Assembly: GCA_028534125.1 (NCBI GenBank)
Contig: CM052816.1
Location: 31,188,001 to 31,252,000 of the forward strand
Direction: 5' to 3'
DNA from: Lama glama
Lineage: Eukaryota
DNA: 64,000 bases
The first letter of the stretch is position 1, and each line of letters opens with the position of its first letter. Positions 25,401-39,007 of this stretch are shown here, in pieces. The notes under the pieces are model-generated. The model ran no database searches and was not told the DNA's origin. It worked only from the letters and a program-made list of their open reading frames with translations. A program made the translations under genes and the position numbers.

Positions 25401-26849
25401 AGTGATCAAGAGAGCTTGTCAAAATTTTAGGCTGTCATTGCACGGAGGCAGAGGCCTAGGACAGCCGTCCAGATGTCTGAACTTAGATGTCTCTTTACCC
25501 TGGGCTCCCCGTGTTTGCTCCTTCAGCCACCGTAGTTCCTTGCAGGATTCTATGAACAGAGACCGTATTTTGAAAGGACACCTCTTCCAAACAGGGAGAA
25601 GGAATAAAACAAGAGAAGGACCTGCTCCATTTGAATTAAACGACAGGGGCTGGAGTCAGAGGCAGTGTGGTGTGGAAGCAAGAGCACTGGATGGACTTGA
25701 ATCCAGTCCATGGCTTCCCAAGGAGAGATGTCTGAGAGTGCCCCTATAAGGCCCAAACCTCTTGGAATCACAGAATTCTCATCTTTAAGGGTGAGGTGTC
25801 AGCCTATATCAGAGATTTTCAAGCTTGTTTGCTCTGAAGTGTTAACACTCTTCATTCAAAGCAGATTTTTTGAAAAAGGAGCTTCTCTTGTTAAACTAGG
25901 AAAGGAAACAATTGAAAACTCCTGGTCTAAGGGATGGCTGAAGGCCCTGATTAAAAATGCCTCCGTCACACCCTGCACCCTCCCACCCCCACACAGATGA
26001 TGGCTTGTCTTCCACACACATGCAGCAGAGATCCAGTCAAGTAAATCTCTAAGTTGCAAAGTGGTATTCAAATATTAGAACTGTTATTATGGTCTAGCAG
26101 AAAAGAAGAAAGATGAGAAATGATCTGGGCCACACTTGGTGACAGTTAGTTGTTAATATAGCCATGATGGAAACAACCCTTGACAAACAGGAGGAGAAGG
26201 TATGTTGAGGAATTTTGTCCTGGTTGGTAGGTCCTGAAGTTGCATGGGAGGAAATGGGAGCCCAGTAAATGGCTCTAGACTTGAGATCCTTTGTTTGCTC
26301 AAGGCTTAGAGGGTTACCAAGTCTTCCCTGCTCCGCAAGAGAGTTCTTCAGTCCCTGCAGGCCTCCTCTCTACCATTAGAGACATCTTCATTCAACGTTC
26401 ATTCAACATATCTCAACAGATCAAGAACTCAGAGACCCCCTCAAAGCTGAATGTCAAAGGCCTCGAGCCTGTAAGAATCCCTGTCAGCCTGCTGCCATTA
26501 GCTTCTGAGGGGCTGGTTTTCCTCAGACCCTGGGACGGGGTTAGGCAGATCCACTTGGTGGCCTTGATTCATCAGTTGGTAAAATACAAAATTGGAATTC
26601 TAAGCATACAGCTGGCTTAGAACCACTAACGTACTAATCTGTAGCAGTCCTAGTATTATCCAAATGTGGAATAAGTTTTAGACACAGCTCTTGGGAAATC
26701 AGTCAATGAACTTCTTGGAAGCAAGGAAATATTCAATATATTTACCAAATACTGCATCATATGAATGGACAAATCAGGATGGATAAGGGACTGCAGTGAG
26801 TCCTAGAGCCCTCCTGTTGTGACAGGTGTTAACTTTTAGTTGATAAATT

Positions 26850-27321
26850 ATTATGAGTTGAATTATGTCCTTCCCAAAATTCGTATGTTTAAGTCCTAAC
26901 CCCCAAAACTTCAAAATGTGAACTTATTTGGAAATAGGGTCATTATAGATAATAATTAGTCAAAATGAGATTATACTGAAGTAGGCTGGGCCCCTCATCC
27001 AAAATGACTGGTGTGCTTATGAAAAGGGGGAATCTGAACACAGACACTCGCACAGGGAGAACACCATGCAACATGAAGGCAGAGATCAGGGCAGGGTGCC
27101 TACGGGCCAAGGACACCAAAGACTGTCAGCAAACTCCCAGGGGCTGGGGGAGAGGCCTGGAACAGCCCCTTCCCTGAGCACCTGCAGGGGAAGCATAACC
27201 CTGCCAACATCTTGATGTCACAAGTAGCATCTAGCCTCCAGAACTGTAAGACAATACATCCTTGTTGCGTAAGCCACCCAGTTTGGGGCCCTCTGTTACA
27301 GCAGTCCCAGCAAACTGATAC
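26850..27321 (+). mobile_element. MLT1C-like solo LTR
   Basis: ~470 bp, gttgaattatgtccttcccaaaattcgtatg...gttacagcagtcccagcaaactgatac. Confidence 0.85.
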
Positions 27322-30300
27322 GGATGGTGAAGAGGTCCAAGAGTCCCAGCGGTGGAGCCTGGGTGACAGAGAGAGAACATTTGGAGGCTTGCGGAAGTGC
27401 ATATTTACCAATGGGTATGGAAGCATTTCAGTATTTAAGCAATCAGTCTGGCTGTACCATTGCATACAACTGATTACCAGGCCTGACTGAAGCAGAGGGT
27501 GCCCACTGTCACTCCCAGGGATGTGTAAGAGGAGAGACAAGTATCTTTTCAAGAGAGTTAGGGAATGCATCTGCTTTAATAGGGGGCTGGAGAAGATTCT
27601 CACCTAGGGCTATTTTGGCTGTGCGAGTACCTCAAGCCCCATTCTGTACTGTGCGCTGACTACAAGTTGCTTAGGTGACCTCGGCACTGACAGAGGGGAC
27701 AGAAGTCTAAGACCCAGTCTCTGATCGCCTACAATTTAGTCTGGTTGAAAACACAAGATTATGACACTTGAAACAGAAGCTTATGTAAAGTAATCAAAAT
27801 GAGTGCAATATGATTCACATAAGTTATTGTCGCTATTATTAATAATTATTATTATTTTAAGAACCAGCTCAGACGGCTACTCTAAACTAAAGATTCCTAC
27901 CCGTCAGGGATTTCTCCTGTGAGATGAGTGACTATGAAATGCTCAAGCTGATCCGTAGCTTCTCCATCTGCTCCTGCCCCCCTGCTCCGGGACGCGAGTT
28001 GCTCCAAGCACTTGGACGTGAGCATCTCTCTCAGACTGTGGGCGCTCTCTACAAGAACTGATCCCTGTGCTTTCCGCACGTGGTGTCAATGTTCTTCTCA
28101 CAACTTTTTTAGTCTCATTCTTAACATTTTAATTCACTTTTACATTTGGTTTCTGTGAGTTCATCCTGGTGCTGACACATTGCGGTGGTTAGTTTGTGTT
28201 TCATGAACTTCCCCTCGAGCCTGTATCGAGATTTCTAGTTTGATAAGGGCACGTGGGTGCGGGTGAGATACATAAATGAGAGCTGTGCGCGGACCCTTTC
28301 TAGAAAAAGCCAACGGGGAGTTCCCCGTGTGGTGAGGAAAGCAGGTCTGACTGACAGGAAGCAGGAGGGAATGGGCGAGGCTGAAGAGCAACGGGGCTTC
28401 CCAGAAGCGGCAGAATTTGCCAGGGGACACGCTGGACAGGGCCTGCCAGGAGCACGGTGCCCTTTTTAGCCTCGTTTACACAGGAGAGAGGACAGCTTCA
28501 GCATTATCACCTCTGGGTGAGAACGCATGTGAACAGGAAGACAAGGACAAGTTCCCACCTCTCCGAGAATTCGGTTGGAGAGTCTCAAGGGTCAAAGTCT
28601 GGCCACACAATCTGGGGAGAAGCTCTACCATCTGCTCCACCTGTCACTGGGCCCAGTCTGGAAGCCAAGAAGCCAACCGGCAAACTGCATCATCTCCTCT
28701 GGCCAGAAGCACAGTATCTTTAGAAATCTAAGTTCTCCTTGACTTGTCTTCCCTTTCACACGGCGTTTTTGTTGTTGGGCTTTGTTTTTCTTCTAGTTTG
28801 ATCTTCTTCATAAGTACTGCAAACCTTAAACTTGGACACAAGCTCAGAAGGAAAAACACTGCCCCTGCCGATTCTGTGCGGCTGGAAGGCAAGCGCGTCA
28901 GGAAGAGGACTGGGAACAGACGAACTGTGAACATCTATTATTTAGAACTGTTTCTAGGTATTTCATATTCACTGGAATTGAATCTCCGTCTGTCTGGCTC
29001 CTCCATTATCATAACACCTCAGGGGTAACACTGGTGTGGTATAAGTAACACCTTACTTTTATCATCTCCACCCCAATTATCCACCCTTTACAAATGATCA
29101 CATTGACGTGCACAGGGCTGAGTTGCTGCTATCAACACAGGATTAAATTATGTTGCTTTTTCATTTTAGCCCTAGTCCTAGAGTTGGTTGACTGGTTACA
29201 AATTCTATGAAAACTCTGTCAGCCTGTGATTGCCTACAGGGAAATACCTTTTCCAGGGTGGAGCCTTCAGAAGAGTGTTGACTCACTCTTAGGTGGCTTT
29301 TAACACTTTGCTAGTAAAATCTGAACATACTCCTTCTAAGAAGACAGACAGTAGAGTCATATTTAAACCCAGAATGTATCAATTCCAGTAATCTGAGTGA
29401 ATTAAAGCACTAAGACACATACCCACCAAAAAAAAAAAAATTCAAAATGAAGGCCAATTAAAGAGTAATAGATTTAGAAGAATATTAATATTTTCTCCTT
29501 TCTAGTTCACTTCTGTTTGGGCTGGTTTATTTTCTTGGAAGTCTACTTATGTGAACACTTGACTTGTTTCTGTCAGATGTTTGTGGGCCCTTGGCCTGGT
29601 ACACAGAAAAGCAGTGATGGGGAGGGAAGTGGGGAACAAGATGAAGGCACCAGGAAATGGAAGTGAGACTCACACCATGGTTTTTGTTGCTTGTCGCTGG
29701 ACTCTGATGATTTCTGAAAACTGTTCAGTCTGTTTTGTATGTTTACTGAGGAGCATTAGTTTCCAGGATAAATGTTATCTTCAAGGTCTTACGTTACTTC
29801 AGAATGGAGTTGACGTCTATTTCTACAATGCTTATGGTGCCTAGCAGAGAGCCTTGTACACGGAAGACATTCTAGGAATGTGTATTTGCTAAGTTTCATT
29901 GTATTTCTGAAGGCTGTGTGTGAATTCCATTTTTATAAGTTGAATCATACTTTAAGAACATATGGGGAGTACATTTAAAGGAATACTACATTGGATAATT
30001 TTGTAAAATTAATTATCACCTCCTGATTTATTTGTTTTGTAAGCAGAATTGGGTTTATCAGGTTTCCTTAAAACTGAGCACACAGATCCTCTGTTTCTTG
30101 TTTGCAACATGAAGGGGTTGGACTTGGTGATTTTGAGTATTTCTTCCAGTGCTGAAATTACAAGGTTTTAGAAACTACCTCCACATCACATTACATGTTA
30201 GACATTGAAAGATTTGGCCAACTTTTCTGCATTGAGGGATAAGGAGAAAAATAATTGAGTGATTTTTCTCAAGTCTTGTCTTCTGTTCCTTCATTCACAA

Positions 30301-30927
30301 CCAACTCCTTACTGCAATTATATTCACCTGAGGTAATTATTTGTATTACGCCAGCCCTACCTCTCCCATTAGGCAGAGCTCTACCACGGCTTGAATGCAC
30401 TGCTTGCTTTTAGATATCCTTTACTTCTTGGCTGCAAAGGAAATGAGCTCTGCTGGGCTGAAGGGGGAACAGTTGAGCATTTCTCCTCCCTGCCGTGGCT
30501 GACACTAAAAGTCATGCATCTTAACAGCAAAATCACACAATTACGGTCCTTCTTTTTTTTTTTTTTTTGGTGGGAGTTTACACAGGAAAAAAATTTAAAA
30601 CATGCTTTTTTTGTTTTAGATTATGTAACTAAAGATATTTAAATGCTGATGGATTATGGTAATTTAGCAAGCTCTCTCTTGGGCCAAATATCTTGTAAAT
30701 CCTTATAAAATGAAACAGAATGTTGGTTCCCATCGTAACTAGAATATTACCAAGTTCTTGATGATTGGCACTTCTAAATCCCTCACTTAAAAAACACAGC
30801 GACTTTAATACTGTGATAGAAATTGATGTGATAGGGGAAAAAACACAACTACTAACAACAATACACACAGTTCAGAAAATCACCACAAATTCCTCTAGTC
30901 AGATACAGTAGTCCTTAAAATGTGATA

Positions 30928-31349
30928 GGCCTGGAGGCTACTATGCTTAGTGAAATAAGTCAGAGAGAAAAAGATAAATACTATATGTTTTCACTTATAT
31001 GGGGAATCTACAAAATAAGACAAAGAACAAATACAATAAAACAGAAACAGACTCACAGAGAATTGGATATACATACTCACAGACACAGTGGTCACCAAAG
31101 GGACGAGGAGTTGGGGGGAGGGGCAAGATGGTGAGGGGCAGTAAGAGGTACAAACCACTAGGTATAAAATAGATGTTACAAAGATGTAATGTACAGCACA
31201 GGGAATAGAGCCAACATTTTATATTAACTTTTTATAGAGAGTATAATCTATTTTATGTAGAGTATAATCTATAAAAATAACAAGTAACTAAATTGTATAC
31301 CTGAAACCAATATAATATTGTAAGTCAATTATACTTTAATTAAAAAAAA
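30928..31349 (+). mobile_element. L1 3' end, 5'-truncated
   Basis: ttagtgaaataagtcagagagaaaaagataaatactatatg...; A tail; partial TSD aaaatgtg at 30917 and 31346. Confidence 0.85.
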
Positions 31350-31357
31350 TGTGTTGC

Positions 31358-32152
31358 ACGGTCAGAATGGCCATTATCAAGAAGTCTACAAATAATAAAT
31401 GCTGGAAAGGGTGTGGAGAAATGGGAAGCCCCCTATACTACTAGTGGGAATGTAATGTGGTACAGCAACTGTGGAGAACAGTATGGAGGTTCCTTAAAAA
31501 ACTAAAGATAGAGTTACTATATGATCCAGCAATCCCACTCCTGGGCAATATATCTGGAAAAAAATGAAAACTAATTAGAAAAGATACATGCACCCCCAAT
31601 GTTCATAGCAGCACTATTTACAATAGCCAAGACATGGAGGCAAACAAAGTATCCATCAACAGATGACTGCATAAAGAAGATGTGGTATATTTACACAATG
31701 GAATACTACTCAGCCATATAAGAAGAATGAAATATTGCTATTTGCAGCAACATGGATTGACCTACAGATGATCATATTAAATGAAGTAAGTCAGACAGAG
31801 AAGGACAACTATCATATGATATCACTTATGTATGGAATCTTAAAGAATGATACAAATGAACTTATTTACAAAACAGGAAAAGACTCACAGACATAGAAAA
31901 CAATCTTATGGTTATTAAAGGGGAAATGGGGGGGATAAATTAGGAACATGGGGTTAACAGATACAAACTACTATATATAAAATAAACAACTAGAACCTAC
32001 TGTATAGCATAGGGAATTATATTCAGTATCTTATTATAATTTACAATGGAAAGGAATCCAAAAAAGAATAGGTATGTATGTATGTATAACTGAATCACTT
32101 TGAGTACACCTGAAACTAACACAACATTGCAAATCAGCTATACTGCAATTCT
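31358..32152 (+). mobile_element. Artiodactyl-type L1, ORF2 C-terminus plus 3' UTR
   Basis: gtcagaatggccattatcaagaagtctacaaataataaatgctgg...tgatccagcaatcccactcctggg. Confidence 0.9.
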
Positions 32153-32344
32153 AGGGAAAAGGGATCCATACCCTGTAGGAAACATAAATGCGGTGGACAG
32201 CATTGCAGGCAACTCACTTTACATATACAGAGAGAAGAATGGATGGAAGGACAGATGGATATATGGATGCATGGACGGAAAGAAAGAAGAAAGAAAAGAA
32301 ATAAGAAAATCATACTATACATACTTCTGGATTTTTTAAATGTG

Positions 32345-34040
32345 TTTTTAAATATTTTTCAATTTTAGAAGAGTTTTAAATTTACCAAAAAAAGTAGCAA
32401 CGGTCACACAGAGGGTTCTCTTATACCCAGCATGCAGTTGCCTCACTGTTAATATCCTACATTAGTATGATATTGTCGGTGAGAAGGATATTTCCCCCCT
32501 ACCGCTCTTGAGTCCTTTTGATTGGGCTGTAAATAAACTGACACAAGACAGGTGAAAATAAAATAATTTGATTCATATGCATGGAAGTCTCACAGAAATG
32601 GGACCCCCAAAGTGAACAAAGCAGACTGTTTATATATCATTTTTAGACAAAGAAACAATTATTTGTGGAGTTTAACAAAACAAAGGGGCTTGTGCTTGGG
32701 GTAGCAGACTAATGAAGAAGCAACAGAGTTTGTTTGTACAGCTTTCTTAGCCTCGAATTCCCTAACTGGTGATAAGGATGCTTTCTATCCTCCTGGTGCA
32801 GGGAGGATCCCTTCACTTGGGAGATCTACTTCCCGCTTTCAGAAGGAAAGAGGAGGGTCAGAGTGATTTAAAACATTTTTTTTCACCAGCTGTTACTCTT
32901 AAGTAACTTCAGTTCAAAATAATCAATGGCTTATTTGGGGCAGACTACCCTAGGCCCCAACAACGCATCTGTCGAAACTAATGAACTAATACATGATTAT
33001 TAACTAAAGCCCATGTTTTATTCAAATTTCCTTCGTTTTTACCTGCTGTCCTTTTTATGTCCCAGGATCTTACCCAGGATACCATATTACATTAAGTCTT
33101 CGCCTCCCCTTAGGCTCCTCTGGACCGTGACAGATTATCAGATTTTTCTTGTTTTTGATGAACTTGGGAGTTCTGAAGAGTATGGGTCTGGATATTTGGT
33201 AGCCTGGCCCTCAGTTACAGTCTATCTGATATTTTTCTCATGATTACGGTCAGGGTGCTGGGAAGAAGACTGCAGAGGTAAAGTGCCATTCTGACCACAG
33301 CATGTCCAGCATGACCATCACTGATGTTAAGCTGGACTGTAGCAGTGTTCGTCAGCTTTCTCCACTCTCGCCCTCCTTCCCATGCTGCACTCTCTGGATG
33401 GAAGTCACTACGGGCGGCCCATACTTAAGGGTGGAGTTATGCTCTATTGATTGCAGAGTACAGTACCTATAATAGATGCTTTGGAAGTTCTGTTGTACAG
33501 GATATTCGCCTGTTCTTATTTATTTACCTACTCACTTATTTGTATCAGTATGGACTCAAAAATATTTATTTTATACTTTGAGTTATAATCCCATGCTACA
33601 TTATTTATTTTGCGGCTCCAAATGTTTCAGCTTTGGCTACTGAGAGCTCTTTTGGTTGGCTCTTGAGTCCCTTTGACATATATCCCGTCTTGTTTTTCGA
33701 GCATTTCCTTACTTTCTGGCTCCCGGTTCATCTTGTATATTCCCTGTCCCAGCCATTTCGCCGGTGAGTCCTGTTCCCTTTTACTGAAGAATGGTATTTA
33801 GAGTCCAAGGTCTGAATGCTGATTGTGCTTAATGACACTAGGGTATGGCATTTCTTTCCTTTTTGCTTCTTCTAGATCCTCTTAGCTGACAAGAGTAAAG
33901 AAATACCTGTGTGTATACTAACCAGTGTATGTACACCTAGCTATAAATATTTCCACATGCATCCATATTTCTCTATAATATAATAAACTTGAGCTCATAG
34001 TAATGACTCCAATTCTAATCCATTATCATACATTTTCTAA
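32345..34040 (-). mobile_element. L1MC-type 3' region, interrupted by an LTR
   Basis: ttttagaagagttttaaatttacc...ttagtatgata resumes after the LTR as tgtcgaaactaatgaactaata. Confidence 0.7.
32474..32962 (-). mobile_element. Solo LTR, probably ERV1 class
   Basis: TG...CA termini (tgtcgg...cccaaca), ~490 bp, cleanly splits the L1MC element; family not identified. Confidence 0.6.
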
Positions 34041-34369
34041 ATATTGCAACTGGGAGAAATATAAAGCCAACCTGATTTATTCCTTCTACACAACTCACTT
34101 TTCCTATCAATTTTGCTTTTCTTTGAAATTCAGTAACTTCACCAGGTCCTCTATTAGAGGTGATCATTTTGACTGGACCCTGACTCCATGAGTGGGACAG
34201 AAGTGCTCAGAGGACAAGGAACCTTCTCCTCAACTTCCAAGCTAAGCCCCATGGTGGTAGCTCCAGTCCTGGGAAAAAGAGTTCTCTTCAGCCTCACCTA
34301 TTATCCAGCTAAGGGAAAAACTCTTCCCAGGGCAAGTAACTCCAAGTAAGGAATTTGTAATTTACTTAC

Positions 34370-34700
34370 TTTTAAAATTTATGCTTAAATTTATACAGAG
34401 TAAACGTCACTGTGATCTATATATCCATGGCTTTTGACAAATGTATAGAGATCCATATCTGTCATCACAGTCATGATACAGAACAGCTCACTCACCCCCA
34501 GATTCCCTCCTATTTTCCTTTATAGTCAATCCCTTCCCTTCTCCCCAGCCTTTGTTAACCACTAACCTATTCATCATCCCTACAGTTTTACCTTCTTCAA
34601 AATGTCACATAGTATGTAGCCTTTTGGGCCTGGCTTATTTCACATAGCAAAAATGCATTTGAGATTCCTCCAGGTCATTGTATAAAACCACACAATTTAA
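34370..34700 (-). mobile_element. L1M 3' end fragment
   Basis: sequence includes gtatgtagccttttgggcctggcttatttcacatagc...gcatttgagattc. Confidence 0.7.
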
Positions 34701-34769
34701 ATATTAATATCCATGTATTACAACAGCATAGTTTAGATATTTGCTCTAATGATTCCCTTGAATACCTCT

Positions 34770-35155
34770 ATTAGTTTCCCGTTGCTCCGTAACAAGTTAG
34801 TGCAATTTTAGGAAGTTAAAACAACACCAGGTTATTAACTCACAGTTTCCATGGGACTGGAGTCCAGGCACAGCTTGACTGAGTCTTCTGTTCAGGGTCC
34901 CACAAGGCTGTAATCAACATACCAGTCTAGGCTGCTATCTCATCTAAGGCTCACAATTCTCTTCTAAGCTCACCGGTGGCAGAATTCAGTTCCTGGCAGT
35001 TATAGGACCGAGGGCTTTGCCCTGTCAATGCTTTGGCTTTAGTGTGGCGAAACTGATTTCGGATTTCTCACCTCCCAAACTGTAAGAGAATAAACTATGT
35101 TTTAAGCCACTAAGTTATGGTAATTCATTATACCATCAATGAGAGACTAATATAC
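34770..35155. mobile_element. MLT1 LTR fragments in both orientations
   Basis: Minus fragment 34770-35010 (ggcagaattcagttcctggcag); plus 3' end 35020-35155 (aactgtaagagaataaa...gactaata). Confidence 0.7.
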
Positions 35156-35204
35156 TGCACATTAGGAGAGAAGTGTATGTCCAGGGGATGTGTTAAAATA
35201 GAAC

Positions 35205-35477
35205 AAGGAGTCTCAAACTCTTTTGATTGCCAGCTCTTGGTAAGAAATACATTTTATATCAATATCTACTAGGAGCAAGCATACACAGTTATACCCACAC
35301 AAATCTATAATCTAAAGTTTTGCAAATTAATATTTATTCCACAAAGTATACTCTGATATTTTCTGTACTATTTTATTCTATACCATTCTTTTCTTTTCTT
35401 TTCTCTTCTTTTTCAATGTTGGTTAGGACACACTAATTGGTTTCATAATCTCTTACTGAGCATCTTGAAAAACACTG
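35205..35477. mobile_element. hAT-Charlie-type MITE
   Basis: caaggagtctcaaactctttt...gtaagaaatacattttatatc...ttgaaaaacactg. Confidence 0.6.
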
Positions 35478-36774
35478 GAGTTCAGGGAAGAGAGCACCAC
35501 TTAAGAAGGATAGATTGGGACCCAGTTGAGATGGGCTTCAAATGTCAACCTCTTGAAAGTATATGACAAATGCTGTCAGGGGCCTAACCTTGGGAATTAG
35601 ACTTCACATATAAATTTTGGGGGACACATTCAGACCATAGCAGCTAGTGATAAGTGACAACTGCATTCAAAAGAGTTTATTAATGAATAGGTGAAATGTG
35701 CAAGAGATCTCGGCACACAGCGGTTTATTTCGGGCTGTGGCTCTCAGTGAATTAAAACAGCCACACCTGCAAATTGTTTCAAACTTGCCAAACAACAGAG
35801 TAGCTCATCTGGTCATCTAAAATCTTATGCTTTATTAGATTTTACTATAATCAGATTTAAAGTACTTTTGAAAATCATCTGAATGGGACACAAATAGCAC
35901 TGGTCCATTGAAAACTGAAAGATAATGACTTTCACATTATAAAACTGTTTAGGAGTATTTTTCACTCTAAAAATAATTTTACAGTGTCCCTAGTTCTCAA
36001 TGTTCCATTGTAGGGCAGTAGAAAGCAGCTTAAGGGTAAAAGGAACACTCAATAACCACTTTCTGTTGTTTCTACAAGCAACTGGTATAAAATATACCAT
36101 ATGTTTAGGAAATGACATCTAATTAAAGCCAAGAGGGAAGAAGTTTCTCAGGGAGGCCACATTCACAGGGCCAGCTCACTGGGGCAGAGGTCAGCAGTGA
36201 CAGGCATAGAGGAGGGAGTGGTGGGGCCCAGTGTAAAGGGTGGATTGCGAAAATCCGCTATTTTAGTCTTCATATTTGGGGTGCTCTTTAGGAAAAAATA
36301 TCACGTATATTTTTAATTCTAGAATGAATGGTTCTGTGGTTTGAGTATTACCGTCTCTTCTAGTTTCACAGAAACATGAAAGTACCTATCAAAATAAACT
36401 CCAGGAAGTAGAAGACACATTACAAAGAGGATTTTAAACATAATAATTAGAATTCTTGCCTTCTGAAACTAAGACAGCTTTACTGTGGAAAATACTCCAA
36501 TCTTAATTTCTGTGTTGCAATATGCAGCCCTTCCCCACCCCCAGGGAAGGATGGAGTAGTAGTGAGGAGGGGTCTCAGCAAACCAAAATTCAGGAGCTTG
36601 AACAGTTAAGGAAGGCATCTGAAACAGAAAATTTCAGAAGGGCAATGCTTCCTGTAGAACAAATCCTTGCAAGTGAAAAAGACTTATTACTAGCAGTCAG
36701 CCTCCTTCTGTATTTGTAGGCATTCCCCCTCTAGGACAAAACCATATACTTTTTTTTTTTTTAAAGGGACCTTT

Positions 36775-36990
36775 AAATGCCAGCCTTATATTTGGCACTA
36801 CACTAGGCACACTACATGGATTAGTTCATGCACTCATCCCAATGATTCTCTGAGCTAAGTACCATTGGTATTCCACTTACACATGAGAAAACTGAGGCTT
36901 AGAAGGATTGAGTATTTGGCTTCACATGGACCAAGCTCGAATTTGAAATCAGGTGATTTGACTTTGGAGGCTCTGCAATGAATCATCCTG
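36775..36990 (-). mobile_element. MIR SINE
   Basis: acatgagaaaactgaggcttagaagg core. Confidence 0.75.
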
Positions 36991-37135
36991 GGACACGCAA
37001 GGCAGGGGATTCTTTCAAGCACCGCAAAGGTCTATTTTATAATGAGCTCAAAGTGAAGGGAGTTGTCAATGTATGGATGGTTGAAATGAGAGAGGTCTAT
37101 GAGTTTCTTTTTCTTATTTCTAGTCCTACCAACTC

Positions 37136-37624
37136 TTTTTTTTTAAATTGAAATATATTCAACACACAACATTGTGAAAGTTTAAGGCATACAACATGTC
37201 GATTTGATACATTTATGTGATTGCCATTGTAACTAGCTACTCCATCACGTCATATAATTATCATTTCCTTTTTGTGGTCGGAATAATTAAAATCCAGTCT
37301 CTTAGCAGTTTGAAATTTATATTATAATATTGTTACCTATAATCACTACACTGTGCATTAGATCTCCAGGACATATTTATCTTCTAGTTCCAAGTTTGCA
37401 CCCTTAAACAACATCTCTCCTATTCTCCCATCCTCCAGCACCTGGTAACCACATCTTACTCTCTGTTTTTCTAAGTTCAGCATTTTGTAGATTCCATAAA
37501 CAGGTGATATCATACCTAGTATTTGTCTTTCTCTGTCTGACTTACCACATTTAGCATTATGTCCTCAGGATCCATGTTGTTGCAAATGGCAAGATTTCCT
37601 TCTTTCTCATGGCTGAATAATATT

Positions 37625-37660
<36 letters not shown>

Positions 37661-37722
37661 TACATATTTGTGTGTGTGTGTTTGTGTGTGTGTGTATATA
37701 TATATATACATATATATATATG
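37136..37722 (-). mobile_element. L1MA-type 3' UTR with (TG)n/(TA)n microsatellite at 37627-37721
   Basis: T-run tail; catgttgttgcaaatggcaagatttccttctttctcatggctgaataatattcc. Confidence 0.85.
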
Positions 37723-37724
37723 AT

Positions 37725-39007
37725 CTTCCTACTAGGCAATGGGCACCGATAAGACCCCAGGTGCTAGGCCCACGCCTTCCCCTACTCTGCCACTAGCTTT
37801 TCCTATGCCAGTTTTTTTTTTCTTTTTTAAATTGGGTGTTCCCAAGTGCAACCCCAGAGCTAGCTCAGGTAAAGAGAGCCAAAGGCTTGACCTATAGCGC
37901 CACCGTGTGGAAAATAAAAGTTTCTAATAGCCTGTTAAACTGAACAAAATAAAAAAGGTTTGTACTACTTCAAATGCAACAGCAGAGGCGCATTTCATCG
38001 AACTCTATGAAGAATCATGGTAATATGGTATAACAAAAAGAAAACAGTAATCTTCTAGCACTGAATCCAAAGGCACAGAATATTGCAATCTGATAAAGAA
38101 TTCAAAACAGCTATTATGCAGAGATTCAATGAACTACAAACAAACTCAGAAAGGCAATTAAGTGCACTCAGGAATAAAATTTGTGAATAGAAGGAGTTAT
38201 TTACCAAAGACATTAAAATGTTTAAAAAGAATCAGACAAATTCTAGAGCTGAAGAAGTCAATGAATCTGATGAAGAATACATTAGAAAATTTAGGAAGTA
38301 GGGTAGAGACATCAAAGAGGAATTAGATCAAAAAGGAGGATAGGAATGCAGAAATGACTTAGAAGAGTAAAGTCAAACTAAGATTTTTAAAAAGTAAAAA
38401 AACTCCATGAGAACTATCAGACATGATGAGACAAACAAATGAAAGAATAATTGATCTACCAGAAAGAGAAGAGTGGAAGAAGGAAGCAGAGTGTATTTAG
38501 AGAAATAATAGCCAAGAACTTAACAAACCTGGGGAAGGAACTGGACACGTAAGTCCAAGAAGCTAATAGAACACGCTATCATCTAATGCAAAAAGAACAT
38601 CCCAAGACACATTATAATGAAATTGTCAAAAATCAATGATAAAAATATCTTAAAGGCAGCCAAAGTGGGTAAAAAAGTAACCTACAAAGAAACCCCCACT
38701 AGGCTATGAGCAGATTTCTCAACAGAAATGCTACAGGACAGGAGAGAATGAGATACACATTTAAAGTGCTGAAAGATAAAAACTGCCAGTCAAGAATAAT
38801 TTATCTGGCAGTTATCTTTCACATATGAAGGAGAAAGAAGGGCCTCCCAGACAAATGAAAACTGAGGGAGTTCATCACCACTAGACCTGCCTTGAAAGAA
38901 ATGCTGAAAGGAGTGCTTCAAGTTGAAATGAAAAGAGGCCAATTAGTGACATAAAAGTAAATAAAAGTGCACTATACTCTAGCAACAGTGAAAAATAACC
39001 AGTCAAA
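37725..39007 (+). mobile_element. L1 5'UTR/ORF1 fragment, degenerate
   Basis: ORF1 motifs (gcagatttctcaacagaaatgctacagg; ctgagggagttcatcaccactagacctgcc). Confidence 0.85.

Noticed and set aside
27100..27603. 167-aa ORF
   Set aside because: Much of it is antisense MLT1C LTR sequence
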